Below, piece after piece: positions 47,130 through 56,774 of a stretch of 64,000 bases of DNA. The first letter of the stretch is position 1. The number at the start of each line of letters is the position of its first letter. Both the position numbers and the translations under genes were made by a program. This stretch comes from Desulfatiglandales bacterium (GTDB lineage: Bacteria; Desulfobacterota; DSM-4660; Desulfatiglandales; HGW-15), in the NCBI GenBank assembly GCA_963667015.2, contig CAXXJJ010000004.1:2656001-2720000 (forward strand), written 5' to 3'. The notes beneath the pieces are model-generated. The model made no database searches. It was not told the origin of the DNA and was given only the letters and a program-made list of their open reading frames with translations.

Positions 47130-48395
47130 ATGATAAAAAGCTTAAAATTTAAAGGTAAAGTTGCGCTTTGGTTAGGATCAACTGGACTAATTATTGCTGT
47201 TGGAATTTATTTTTTCCCAAAAGAATATGGAGAAAAATCCTTCTGGGAAACACTGTATACCACTTTAAGACTCTTTGTCTTCGAACATGATGAAACAGCC
47301 TTTCCCAGCTCATGGCCTCTTATCCTGATATACTTCCTTGCCCCTGCCGTTACAATTTCGGCAGTGGGAACCGCAATCTCCTACTTTTTTCGACTTACCC
47401 CTGCAATAAAAACCAGATGGCTGTCAGACCATATAGTGGTCTGCGGGATGGGACGCACAGGAAAGCTTTTTACCTCAACATTAAAGTCAAAAGGATTAAA
47501 GGTTATCGGCATTGACAACGGGGCACCCGATGATTTTGAAGAATTTTCGGATCAGCACCGCGTGCCCATGGTATATGGTGACTTTAACTCACGCGCAGTA
47601 CTGGAAAAGACCGGGGTAGCCAGGGCACGTTCAATCATTTTCGCCTCGGGTGACGACCTGGCAAACCTTGAAGCAGCCCTTTCCGCCTACAGCTGGCTTC
47701 ACTCGGATGCTGATCCGGTCCGTCTTATCTGGGCACAGATAACGAATGACCAACTGGCCAACAGGGCAAGAGCTGTTGTGTGTACACCCGGCAAGGTGGG
47801 TATACGTTTTTTTGATACCTACAGAATTGCGGCATTAAGGGTGGTCGAAAAATATTTCTACAGGGAGGAGCGGGAAGGACTAAACGAGATTAATGTTCTT
47901 GGTTTTGGAAAATTCGGCAGCGACCTTTTTGATGTACTTGTACAGGATCTCCATTCTGATGAAAAATATAATATCAGGATAATTGACAAGCATGATAGAA
48001 AAAATGAAGTCGTATCCATGTCAGAAAGCCTGGGGGTGTCAGACAGGGTGAGTTTCCGGCAGAGCGCCATACAGGATCTGAAATTATCCGGCAATACAAA
48101 AAGGGCCTATTTTGTCTGCACGGACGATGACATGGGAAACCTGATCACTGCAATGACCCTGGCATGCGATGACAATGCAACACGAATATACGTGAGGATG
48201 GAACACTGGCCTCTTTCCGGTGTTGCGGAAAATCTGGGTAAAGACCGGGGTGTTGTATTCATAAACATCAAGGAGCTGGTTATCCAGGGGCTTGAAAATC
48301 TACCGGGTATTTTTCAATTACCAGAGGAATCGGATTTGAAGCGCAATAGATTGAATTGTTCTTCACCATCCATTTTAAATGAATGCAGCGAATAG
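47130..48395 (+). CDS. Two-TM membrane protein with tandem RCK/TrkA-N domains
   Basis: TM1 - SFWETLYTTLRLF - TM2; HIVVCGMGRTG and INVLGFGKFG Rossmann motifs; DDLANL and DDMGNL. Confidence 0.8.
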   Translation: MIKSLKFKGKVALWLGSTGLIIAVGIYFFPKEYGEKSFWETLYTTLRLFVFEHDETAFPSSWPLILIYFLAPAVTISAVGTAISYFFRLTPAIKTRWLSDHIVVCGMGRTGKLFTSTLKSKGLKVIGIDNGAPDDFEEFSDQHRVPMVYGDFNSRAVLEKTGVARARSIIFASGDDLANLEAALSAYSWLHSDADPVRLIWAQITNDQLANRARAVVCTPGKVGIRFFDTYRIAALRVVEKYFYREEREGLNEINVLGFGKFGSDLFDVLVQDLHSDEKYNIRIIDKHDRKNEVVSMSESLGVSDRVSFRQSAIQDLKLSGNTKRAYFVCTDDDMGNLITAMTLACDDNATRIYVRMEHWPLSGVAENLGKDRGVVFINIKELVIQGLENLPGIFQLPEESDLKRNRLNCSSPSILNECSE

Positions 48396-48407
48396 TGATC
48401 CAGGGAT

Positions 48408-48434
48408 GCAGGTCGGGTTAAGAACCCAACCTGC
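48408..48434. repeat. REP-like palindrome
   Basis: GCAGGTCGGGTT-AAG-AACCCAACCTGC between convergent genes. Confidence 0.6.
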
Positions 48435-48483
48435 CTGGCTTAACGATATACAAACCAGCAGCCGGTGACGGCAGGCGGGGCCG

Positions 48484-49527
48484 TTATTTTTTTTCCGACT
48501 CTGCTGCAGGCGGCTCGACATCTCCCCAAAGATAGCGTGCATATTTCAGGTAGCCCTGAACATTGTTGAGGCGGGCGTCAACATTGGTTTCAAGAGGCAT
48601 GACGTTGCCGTCAATCAAGGGTCGCAGATATTTTGCCAGTTCCATGGCACCGCCGCCGCTGATGATAATGAGATCAATATCCCAGTCGTTAGCCCACAGG
48701 CGCCTGACATCGTTGGCAATGATGCTGGCTGAATGCTCGAATACCTTATCACGTAGTTTTGAGATGTTATACTCTTTGCCCCGGATCTTGATTAATCCGG
48801 TTTCTATGGCTTTGTAAAGCCGGTACAGTTCGATGTCTACATTGCTCTCTTCTCGCAACTTTTTGGCGATGGCACTGAAGCTCTCGGAAATCCCGGTATC
48901 AGAGGTGCTGCTGCCTCTCTGGATATACTCCATCCCCTGGAAAATACAACAATCGGTTGTCCGGAAACCGATATCGATGATGCCGATTTTTTGCTTGGCA
49001 AGTTCACGGTTTGTAAATTTACCGGAATCGCTCATCAGCAGATTTAAAAAGCTGCCGAGCGGCTGTGGGAGGATCTTCAGGTTGTTGATATTAACCCGTC
49101 TGCTTTCGCCTGGTCCGTCGCCATTATAAAAGACGATTTCATGAATCCCCTTGAGCATTTTCATCAGACGCTGGTTATATTCTCTGTAGAAGCCGACCGG
49201 AAGTCCGGTTACAACGTTGACGTTGGCATAGCTATCGGAAAGATTGCTTATGGCCGTCATAGTCAGGACCTTGCTGAATTCGGTAAGAAGTTTCTCCTGA
49301 TCGAGGGTAAACTCCCGCGTATCGGAATGCTGCTCCGCGAAATCTCCCACGAAATAGGCCCGACCATCTATCTCGACATGCATGCAGGGGCCGGCCTCGC
49401 TCTTTACTACGGGCAGCCTGAACTGTATGTCAGTCGCTTCCCCTAAAACGGATTTGAACAGAATAGACTCTTTTCCATCAGTAGCTTTTGTAAAACCGAA
49501 TCCAATATCTACTCCTACGACATCCAT
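48484..49527 (-). CDS. ParM/StbA-family actin-like ATPase
   Basis: GVDIGFGFTK, VTGLP, IIDIGFRTTD, ISGGGA, NVQGY. Confidence 0.9.
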   Translation of the reverse strand: MDVVGVDIGFGFTKATDGKESILFKSVLGEATDIQFRLPVVKSEAGPCMHVEIDGRAYFVGDFAEQHSDTREFTLDQEKLLTEFSKVLTMTAISNLSDSYANVNVVTGLPVGFYREYNQRLMKMLKGIHEIVFYNGDGPGESRRVNINNLKILPQPLGSFLNLLMSDSGKFTNRELAKQKIGIIDIGFRTTDCCIFQGMEYIQRGSSTSDTGISESFSAIAKKLREESNVDIELYRLYKAIETGLIKIRGKEYNISKLRDKVFEHSASIIANDVRRLWANDWDIDLIIISGGGAMELAKYLRPLIDGNVMPLETNVDARLNNVQGYLKYARYLWGDVEPPAAESEKK

Positions 49528-49703
49528 TTAACGCCTCCCGGTCCTAATGTAAAAATTATATATATTCATCTGCGCAAGCGTACCTTTTTTTGGGTGGAAT
49601 TATACCCCAGAATTACAATAGGTTGTCAAGAATTAATCTGTATGACACTTCAGAGACAACAAACGATAAATCGTGCCATAAAGCGGAACAATCCAATAAT
49701 ATT

Positions 49704-49862
49704 TTATTCGCTTCCAATTACCTCATCAAATTTTATCGATTCACCTGCACCCCAATTATTGTCGTATTTACCCTGCCTCACGTATTTATGGAAGCTCGAA
49801 TATTCCCAATTCCCGGGTGCTTTAACATGTCCATGTTTAACAGGATTGTAATGAATATGTTC
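49704..49862 (-). pseudogene. C-terminal remnant of a REP-associated tyrosine transposase (RAYT)
   Basis: Manual translation EHIHYNPVKHGHVKAPGNWEYSSFHKYVRQGKYDNNWG...*; not in the ORF track; N-terminal HUH part absent. Confidence 0.85.
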
Positions 49863-50023
49863 AGCAATCTTGTATAATATGAGTTCAAAAATAATTATCC
49901 TGTTTCTGAATTACAGCCAGCCAATATCTTCCATGAATCTTTCTATCTGCTTATATCAATCTTGATACTTTGTCTCACTCGTGATAGTGAATTATGAAAA
50001 TAATTTAAAAGGGTAAAACAGGC

Positions 50024-51094
50024 ATGAAAAAAAATATCGTTATCGTACTGCTAATCGCACTTACTGTTTTTATTTACTTTAGACAGGATAATAAGAATTA
50101 TTATGACATGATAAATGCTGTATCAGGAGCAACCCCTCTGGCAATCGCAAGAGAAACCCCTGACGGTGTTTCATTAACCATAGATGGTCTTGTTAAGCAG
50201 GAATACCGTTTTAACTCATCTGCTCTTAACGGCTTTGCTTCTACACGAATCAGGACAAAGGAATTCTCATCAGATGGGAAATTCCTCGGGGCTTATGCCT
50301 ACACCGGCATTCCGGTGTTTAATATTCTGGAAGGTATAGCTCCTGAAAAAGAGGCTGATGCGGTTTTTAATCAGCCCCTGGATATCCTGGTAAAATTTGT
50401 TTCCGCTTCAGGTGCAAGTGTCGATTTTACATTCAACGAAATTATTATGGCTGATGACAGTCTTCCTGTGACACTCGCATATTACAGGGAGCCCATTAAA
50501 CCCACTGCTGACAATGTAAAGGACACCTATGATAAAAATAACATGACAGAACCCCTCAACGGCCTCAGGCTTATCGCTCCAGGAGAACCGGATGTAAGCC
50601 GATACCTGGATAATGTCGTTAAAATAACATACACGACACTGCCTGCCCCTGATGCCCTTCTCCCTGTACGTAAAAAAGGACCCAGGTGTGCAAGCAGTGC
50701 TATTACATGCATAGACGGGGAAAATACATATCAGGCAACCTTTGAAAATGTTAATCGGATGGTTAAGGATAACTGGGCGCTGATAGGTCATGGGCACGGA
50801 TATGAAGAAAATGTGGAGGCAGAGGGTTTTGAACTGAGATCCTTTTTGAATGCAAATTTTAAGGATATCAGCCCTGATGATTACTTCCTGTTTACAGCCT
50901 GCGACGGATACAGGTGCCTTTTTTCATGGAGAGAAATTTTCGCCGTTGAAAAGGGTAAAGAGATGATGATTGTTGATATAATTAACAAAGAATTGCCTGA
51001 AACCGGTTTCAGGCTCGCACCGACCGAAGATTTTTTTAATGACAGATCAATGTGGGGGCTGTCCTATGCGGTCAGGCTTAATTCACCCGAATAG
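50024..51094 (+). CDS. Exported protein with two molybdopterin-oxidoreductase-like (sulfite oxidase fold) domains
   Basis: N-terminal TM; YTGIPV, GLRLIAPG, FTACDGY, FRLAP. Confidence 0.55.
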   Translation: MKKNIVIVLLIALTVFIYFRQDNKNYYDMINAVSGATPLAIARETPDGVSLTIDGLVKQEYRFNSSALNGFASTRIRTKEFSSDGKFLGAYAYTGIPVFNILEGIAPEKEADAVFNQPLDILVKFVSASGASVDFTFNEIIMADDSLPVTLAYYREPIKPTADNVKDTYDKNNMTEPLNGLRLIAPGEPDVSRYLDNVVKITYTTLPAPDALLPVRKKGPRCASSAITCIDGENTYQATFENVNRMVKDNWALIGHGHGYEENVEAEGFELRSFLNANFKDISPDDYFLFTACDGYRCLFSWREIFAVEKGKEMMIVDIINKELPETGFRLAPTEDFFNDRSMWGLSYAVRLNSPE

Positions 51095-52319
51095 CAGATA
51101 CCCCGCACTGTATATAAAAATATTATCTTCAATTTTTTTATGGGGAATTCTGTTTTCACAGGGACTTTTTGCCGGGGACGTTAATGACGGTTTGGAATCA
51201 AGGCTTAACAAGCTGGTCCGGAATGGCTCCTGCATTGTTATAAAAAACAACAGTTACATCGCCTCATATAATCCTGATACGCCATTTATCCCGGCAAGCA
51301 TATGGAAGATTGTAACCGCCCTTGCCGCCCTGGAAAACCTTGGAGAAGGTTATCGTTTTAAAACCGAATTTTACCTGGACAGCGACAGCAATCTTTATAT
51401 TAAAGGATTTGGAGATCCATTTCTTATCTCAGAAGAAATAGATTCCATTTTCAAGGCGCTGACACACAAAGGGGTTGCTAAAATAAACAATATTTACCTG
51501 GATAACAGTACATTCACCGGATCTGAAGCGCCGTCCGGGATCGGCTCAAGCCTGAACCCCTATGATGTTACAAATGGAGCGCTGGCAGTAAATTTTAATA
51601 CTATTAACTTCCACGTTGATGAAAAAGGTGTAACAAGTTCAGCAGAAAAACAGACCCCGACTCTCCCTGTCATGAAGGAACTGGGAAGAGACTTTAAAAA
51701 GGGTACTCATCGTATTAACATATCAAGATCACCGGAAAATGTGTCAAGACACGCTGGGGAACTTTTCAGGGCATTCCAGCGTCAACACATGATTTCCGGG
51801 AAGGGAAAAGAAATAATCGGCAAAACGCCTGCCGGGCTTTCACCCTGTTATATTCATTACTCTTCCAAAACCCTTAAAGATATAATCAAGGCAATGATGC
51901 TCTATTCCAACAACTATATTGCGAACCAGATATATCTCACCATGGGGGCTGCGGCATACGGCTATCCTGCAACCTGGGAGAAATCGCAAAAATATTTGAG
52001 GAACTATCTTGATAAAAATCTTCCGGAATATTCAAAATCAATTGTTTTTGATGAAGGATCGGGTATTTCAAGAAACAACAGGATAGCCGCGCATGCCATG
52101 ATCAAGGCGCTTAATAAATTTAAACCCTACGCAGCCCTGCTTCCGCTTGAGGGTGGAAGATTTATTAAATCAGGGACATTAAGAGGTGTTTACTCATATG
52201 CGGGTTATTTTATCCGGGACGGAAATTATGACAGCTTTGTAATAATGCTTAACCAGAATAAGAATACCCGGGATAGAATCCTTAAATTGCTGGAAAAGCA
52301 ATACAAGGATGCTCCTTAA
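51039..52319 (+). CDS. dacB: D-Ala-D-Ala carboxypeptidase/endopeptidase (PBP4, S13); start uncertain
   Basis: PASIWK, GFGDP, YSNN, EGSGISR, KSGTL. Confidence 0.9.
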   Translation: MTDQCGGCPMRSGLIHPNSRYPALYIKILSSIFLWGILFSQGLFAGDVNDGLESRLNKLVRNGSCIVIKNNSYIASYNPDTPFIPASIWKIVTALAALENLGEGYRFKTEFYLDSDSNLYIKGFGDPFLISEEIDSIFKALTHKGVAKINNIYLDNSTFTGSEAPSGIGSSLNPYDVTNGALAVNFNTINFHVDEKGVTSSAEKQTPTLPVMKELGRDFKKGTHRINISRSPENVSRHAGELFRAFQRQHMISGKGKEIIGKTPAGLSPCYIHYSSKTLKDIIKAMMLYSNNYIANQIYLTMGAAAYGYPATWEKSQKYLRNYLDKNLPEYSKSIVFDEGSGISRNNRIAAHAMIKALNKFKPYAALLPLEGGRFIKSGTLRGVYSYAGYFIRDGNYDSFVIMLNQNKNTRDRILKLLEKQYKDAP

Positions 52320-52461
52320 AAAAACAACAGTGCGGACACATGGGCCTGCCCCTGCCTGAGAATTATGAAACATTCAAAAGAAATTGACTCCTGTCAGTTT
52401 CTGGATTGATTGTTTTTAAGTATAATAAAAAAGATCATAAGAGCAAAGCAGCCTATTCTTT

Positions 52462-53202
52462 TTATTCTGCCGCCTTAAGTATCTTATCCCCAAAGCCTAT
52501 GGTGATCTTCTGTCCGGGTTTCAGCCGAAGGTAATCTTCTTCAGGCCAGTCACCATTTAGTAAATTCCTAATGAGCTTTATATCGCCTGTCATTTTTTCA
52601 AAACGCCAGCCCTTTGTCTCCGCTTCTTTGCGTACAAACCTTTCCTCGTTTTCAGCATCAACTATATTCTGCTCAATAAATACAACCCGCTCATAGTTTT
52701 TTGTCATGTCACCCATGGATGCTATTATCCTGTCTGCCCTTTCCCTGCCCATACGTTTTACCATTGCTTCATAGGCCTTTTCATCGTAAAGTTCTGCTGA
52801 TGATGCACCCATGCCCGAAAATTCCGTGGCATTATCAAGGCGTTCCATATAGTCTTTTGTGTACCATATTGTACCGGGGCAGACCGCCTGCTGTTTATTA
52901 TATTCTTCCTTTGATCCAAGACAAAGGGTGATACAGTCATGGGCGCGCGGTATTACAATGGGTATATCCCGTGCAGTCAGACCCGAAGTCGCCTGTCCGC
53001 ACAGGCCATAACACAGGAGTATTGCATCATAGGTAGTATCGGTGACACCATCGATTTTATCCTGAAGTGTCCTGTTAAGCTCCTTTGGTTTTATATGCTG
53101 CCCCATAGAGACGAGTTCGACATCAATTAAATGAGGAGAACGGGCAGAACACAGGTATGTCTGTCTTGCAAGGGCATCGCAGCTTATGCATTTAAATTTC
53201 AT
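52462..53202 (-). CDS. DUF1638-family protein
   Basis: ISC...YGLCG...PRAHDCITL pattern; ATG 53202 after GGGAG. Confidence 0.8.
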   Translation of the reverse strand: MKFKCISCDALARQTYLCSARSPHLIDVELVSMGQHIKPKELNRTLQDKIDGVTDTTYDAILLCYGLCGQATSGLTARDIPIVIPRAHDCITLCLGSKEEYNKQQAVCPGTIWYTKDYMERLDNATEFSGMGASSAELYDEKAYEAMVKRMGRERADRIIASMGDMTKNYERVVFIEQNIVDAENEERFVRKEAETKGWRFEKMTGDIKLIRNLLNGDWPEEDYLRLKPGQKITIGFGDKILKAAE

Positions 53203-53410
53203 ATTTACTCCCTGATTACGGGCTAGGGTTTCAGTACAACCTACCATGAGCATATACCTGAGTCAATTATTCGATTTCCTATCCTGCTGAAAGCCCTGGC
53301 AAATTGCCCTTTATTTTTTAATTTCCGAATGTTATAGATTAATGCCTGTCCGGTTTAAGGAACTCTTTGCATTAATCAACAACACTCATATTTACATGAA
53401 AGGATTTCTC

Positions 53411-55747
53411 ATGAGGATACTGCTGATACTTGTTTTTTGCCTTACAATCATTGGCTGCAACGAAACAGGAAATAAATCATATAAAGATTCCGGTTTACCT
53501 GTTGAAGAAAGGGTTGCTGATCTTCTGTCTCAAATGACTCTTGAAGAAAAGGTGGCTCAGCTTACCAGCACAATGCCGATGCTGGGTTTTGGAGACGATG
53601 CCGAGACATCATTTGTTGATAAGGAAGGCAATTTCAACCCTGAAGGCGCGGAGAAATTTTTTAAGCACGGAATAGGCCAGATCTCGAGGCCTGGGATGAG
53701 ACGCGGGCCGAAGGAAATGGCAGAATTCACAAACACTGTTCAGAGGTGGATTATTGAAAATACCCGCCTGGGTATTCCTGTCATGTTTCATGAAGAGGCC
53801 CTGCACGGGCTCGCCACCACAAAGGCAACATCCTTTCCCCAGGCAATAGCACTTGCATCTACATGGAACACAGATCTGGTAAATGAGGTATTTACAGCTA
53901 CTGCGCTTGAGGTAAGATCCAGGGGTGCACAGCAGGTCCTGTCACCAGTACTGGATATTGTAAGGGATCCGAGATGGGGAAGAACAGAAGAGACCTATGG
54001 AGAAGATCCATATCTTGCCTCCCGTATGGGGGTAGCCGCAGTAACAGGTTTTCAGGGAAATCCATCCGACAATATTGATAAGGCCCATGTGATTGCCACG
54101 GGAAAACACTTTGCTGTTCATGGCCAGCCTGAAAACGGGACAAACGTTGGGCCGGCGAACTACTCTGAAAGGGTTATAAGGGAATATTTCTTAAAGCCAT
54201 TTGAGGCCGCGGTGAAAGAAGCCAATCTCCAGAGCATCATGCCTTCCTACAATGAGATAGACGGCCTTCCTTCTCACGCCAATATAAAGCTCTTGGAAGG
54301 CATATTGCGTCAGGAGTGGGGATTTAAAGGGCACACTGTCTCGGACTATTATGGAATCAAAGAGCTTATGGAAAAACACCATGTTGCAGCCTCAAAGGAA
54401 GATGCCGCCAGACAGGCGATCGAAGCAGGCGTTGATATTGAATTACCCTATACGGAAATGTACGACAGTCTCATTGACCTTGTTAAAAAAGGCGTAGTTT
54501 CAGAAAAGGCAGTTGATAAATGTGTAGCGCGTGTACTTCGTTCAAAGTTTATAACCGGCCTTTTCGATGATCCCTATGTCGATCCTGAATATGCCGAAGA
54601 GGTATACAAAAATCCCGAACACAAAGCCCTTGCCCTGAGAGCTGCCAGGGAATCAATAATTCTTCTTAAAAATGAAAATAATATTCTTCCTCTTTCAAAG
54701 GAGAAATACAAAAGAATAGCTGTAATAGGCCCCAATGCAAAGGGAGTTCATCTAGGCAACTACAGCGGATTTCCTGAAGGCGGAGTTGATATCCTGCAGG
54801 GAATAAAGAACAGGGCATCGGCAGATCAGGAAATATTGTATGCAGAAGGCTGCAAAATTACAGAAACAGACCCCACTTCCTTCACCTTTGAAGAACCAAA
54901 GCTTGGTGACCCCGATAAAAATGCCATACGCATCAAAGAGGCTGTAGACATTGCAAAGAACGCGGATTTAATAATACTTGCTCTCGGGGGCAACGAATTT
55001 ACATCCAGAGAGGCATGGATCGGCCATCTTGGCGACAGGGCCGGACTTGAACTGCTTGGTAGCCAGAATGAACTTGCAGCAGAAATGCTTAAACTGAACA
55101 AACCTGTTGTTGTTTTCCTTATGCACGGGCGTCCAAATGCAATTAACTATATTGCGGAAAACGTCCCGGCCATTCTTGAAGGATGGTACCTTGGTCAGGA
55201 GGGAGGAAATGCCGCAGCTGATGTACTGTTCGGGGAATACAACCCCGGAGGAAGGCTTCCCCTGTCCGTCCCGAGATCTGTCGGACAGTTGCCCGTTTTT
55301 TATAATCACAAACCCACTGCAAGACGGGGATATATAGATTCGGAAAAAGACCCTCTTTATCCCTTTGGATGGGGGCTCAGCTATACAACCTTTAAATATG
55401 ACAATTTAAGTATTTTCCCCAATGAGATGGATGTTAAAGACAAAACGAAGATCACTGTTGCTGTTACAAACACAGGCAGCATAAGAGGTGATGAGGTTGT
55501 ACAGCTTTACATCAGAGATGAAGTCAGCTCTGTCACAAGACCGGTTAAGGAACTCAAGGGATTTAAACGTATTTCCCTTGATCCGGGTGAGACAAAGACG
55601 ATTGAATTTACTATCGGCCCTGAAGCGCTTTCTTTTCTGGACCGTGATATGCACAGGGTTGTAGAGCCGGGTGCATTTAAAATAATGGTGGGTGGAAATT
55701 CTGTGGATCTGATTGAAGCGACACTAACCATCACTGACAAGAAATAG
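53411..55747 (+). CDS. GH3 beta-glucosidase/xylosidase, lipoprotein
   Basis: MTLEEKVAQL, EEALHG, RDPRWGR, KHF, VSDY, FGWGLSYT, Fn3-like tail. Confidence 0.95.
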   Translation: MRILLILVFCLTIIGCNETGNKSYKDSGLPVEERVADLLSQMTLEEKVAQLTSTMPMLGFGDDAETSFVDKEGNFNPEGAEKFFKHGIGQISRPGMRRGPKEMAEFTNTVQRWIIENTRLGIPVMFHEEALHGLATTKATSFPQAIALASTWNTDLVNEVFTATALEVRSRGAQQVLSPVLDIVRDPRWGRTEETYGEDPYLASRMGVAAVTGFQGNPSDNIDKAHVIATGKHFAVHGQPENGTNVGPANYSERVIREYFLKPFEAAVKEANLQSIMPSYNEIDGLPSHANIKLLEGILRQEWGFKGHTVSDYYGIKELMEKHHVAASKEDAARQAIEAGVDIELPYTEMYDSLIDLVKKGVVSEKAVDKCVARVLRSKFITGLFDDPYVDPEYAEEVYKNPEHKALALRAARESIILLKNENNILPLSKEKYKRIAVIGPNAKGVHLGNYSGFPEGGVDILQGIKNRASADQEILYAEGCKITETDPTSFTFEEPKLGDPDKNAIRIKEAVDIAKNADLIILALGGNEFTSREAWIGHLGDRAGLELLGSQNELAAEMLKLNKPVVVFLMHGRPNAINYIAENVPAILEGWYLGQEGGNAAADVLFGEYNPGGRLPLSVPRSVGQLPVFYNHKPTARRGYIDSEKDPLYPFGWGLSYTTFKYDNLSIFPNEMDVKDKTKITVAVTNTGSIRGDEVVQLYIRDEVSSVTRPVKELKGFKRISLDPGETKTIEFTIGPEALSFLDRDMHRVVEPGAFKIMVGGNSVDLIEATLTITDKK

Positions 55748-55765
55748 ATATAATCAAAGCAGCCT

Positions 55766-55792
55766 GTAGGGGCACGGCGCGCCGTGCCCCTA
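55766..55792. repeat. GTAG-type REP palindrome
   Basis: GTAGGGGCACGGCGCGCCGTGCCCCTA. Confidence 0.8.
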
Positions 55793-55818
55793 ATTAATAA
55801 AATTAACAAATATCATAT

Positions 55819-56649
55819 CTAGGGCCAGACAACCCCACGCCTTTTCTGTCTGGCCATTTCCCACAGTTTTTCATTATTCCCCTTTTCAAAGATACAATCC
55901 GGCAGGGGGCACATCACCATATGTTCCTCATGCCGTTTTATTATTTTATTTATCCTTTCCTCTGGCCATGACCTGTCCCAGCCCAGACCAAGGTCTTCAT
56001 TAACAATAATTACATGGATCTTTGTATGAGGGGGGCCGCTCTCTATTATGCTTGTAACAGCACATGCCCTGTGCGGTCCAATACAGTCATAACAGTGCAT
56101 GTTTTTCATACAGGGTGTAGGCACGCCCTTTCTTTTAAAATGCTCCGGTGCAATAACATTTTTTACCCTGTCCATGCCCTGTTCAAGATCTTTTACAATC
56201 TTATTTTTACCCATCACAAGAATGGTAATGGGATGCCCCCAGATCATTCCCGCAACCCTGTTGCCGTTTCCGTCCACATTAATTATCCTGCCGTCTTCGG
56301 TTATGGCGTTTGAGCCTGTTAAAAACACATCACATACAGTTGCCTCAAGCATGGGCCAGAATCCATTATCGAAGTGTGACTGAAGATCCGTGATCTTTTT
56401 TTCAGGATTAAAACCGTTTATTACCCTGTTGCCCCGCTTCTCAAGCGCTGCAGCAGCCTTTACCTGTCTGACGCTCGACGAATCGCCTATACCCACCACT
56501 GCCTTTTCAGGCACGATACTGCAGACCAGTTCCCTGGCGTGCTCCGCATTTTCTGCGGCCAGACCAACCATTTTTCGATTTCCCAGTGCCTTTACTGTTT
56601 TTTCAATAACCGGGTCTGTTATTACTGAAGTTATATTTATCTGATTCAT
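55819..56649 (-). CDS. LUD-domain (lactate utilization-like) protein
   Basis: FLTGSNAITEDG.IINVDGNGNRVA, GKNKIV, Cys cluster. Confidence 0.8.
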   Translation of the reverse strand: MNQINITSVITDPVIEKTVKALGNRKMVGLAAENAEHARELVCSIVPEKAVVGIGDSSSVRQVKAAAALEKRGNRVINGFNPEKKITDLQSHFDNGFWPMLEATVCDVFLTGSNAITEDGRIINVDGNGNRVAGMIWGHPITILVMGKNKIVKDLEQGMDRVKNVIAPEHFKRKGVPTPCMKNMHCYDCIGPHRACAVTSIIESGPPHTKIHVIIVNEDLGLGWDRSWPEERINKIIKRHEEHMVMCPLPDCIFEKGNNEKLWEMARQKRRGVVWP

Positions 56650-56702
56650 AGGGTGTATCCCTGCACGAAACTGTTTAAAAATTTATTAACCTGGTCCGGA
56701 AT

Positions 56703-56744
56703 AAAAAAACGCACGAAAAATCCTTAAAATTCTTCGTGCGTTTT
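56703..56744 (-). terminator. Intrinsic terminator after hflC
   Basis: AAAACGCACGAA/TTCGTGCGTTTT stem with T-tail on the minus strand. Confidence 0.8.
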
Positions 56745-56774
56745 GTGGCTTATCTGTCAACATTTATAAAGGTT

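Noticed and set aside
46263..48395. Calling the cyclase pair a canonical Pycsar system
   Set aside because: The partner is an RCK-type protein rather than a PycTM or cNMP-binding TIR effector, and the cyclase tail resembles ordinary adenylate cyclases; kept as an unassigned candidate.
49590..49877. Plus-strand ORFs of 95 and 85 aa
   Set aside because: They are antisense to the RAYT remnant, which explains the sequence better.
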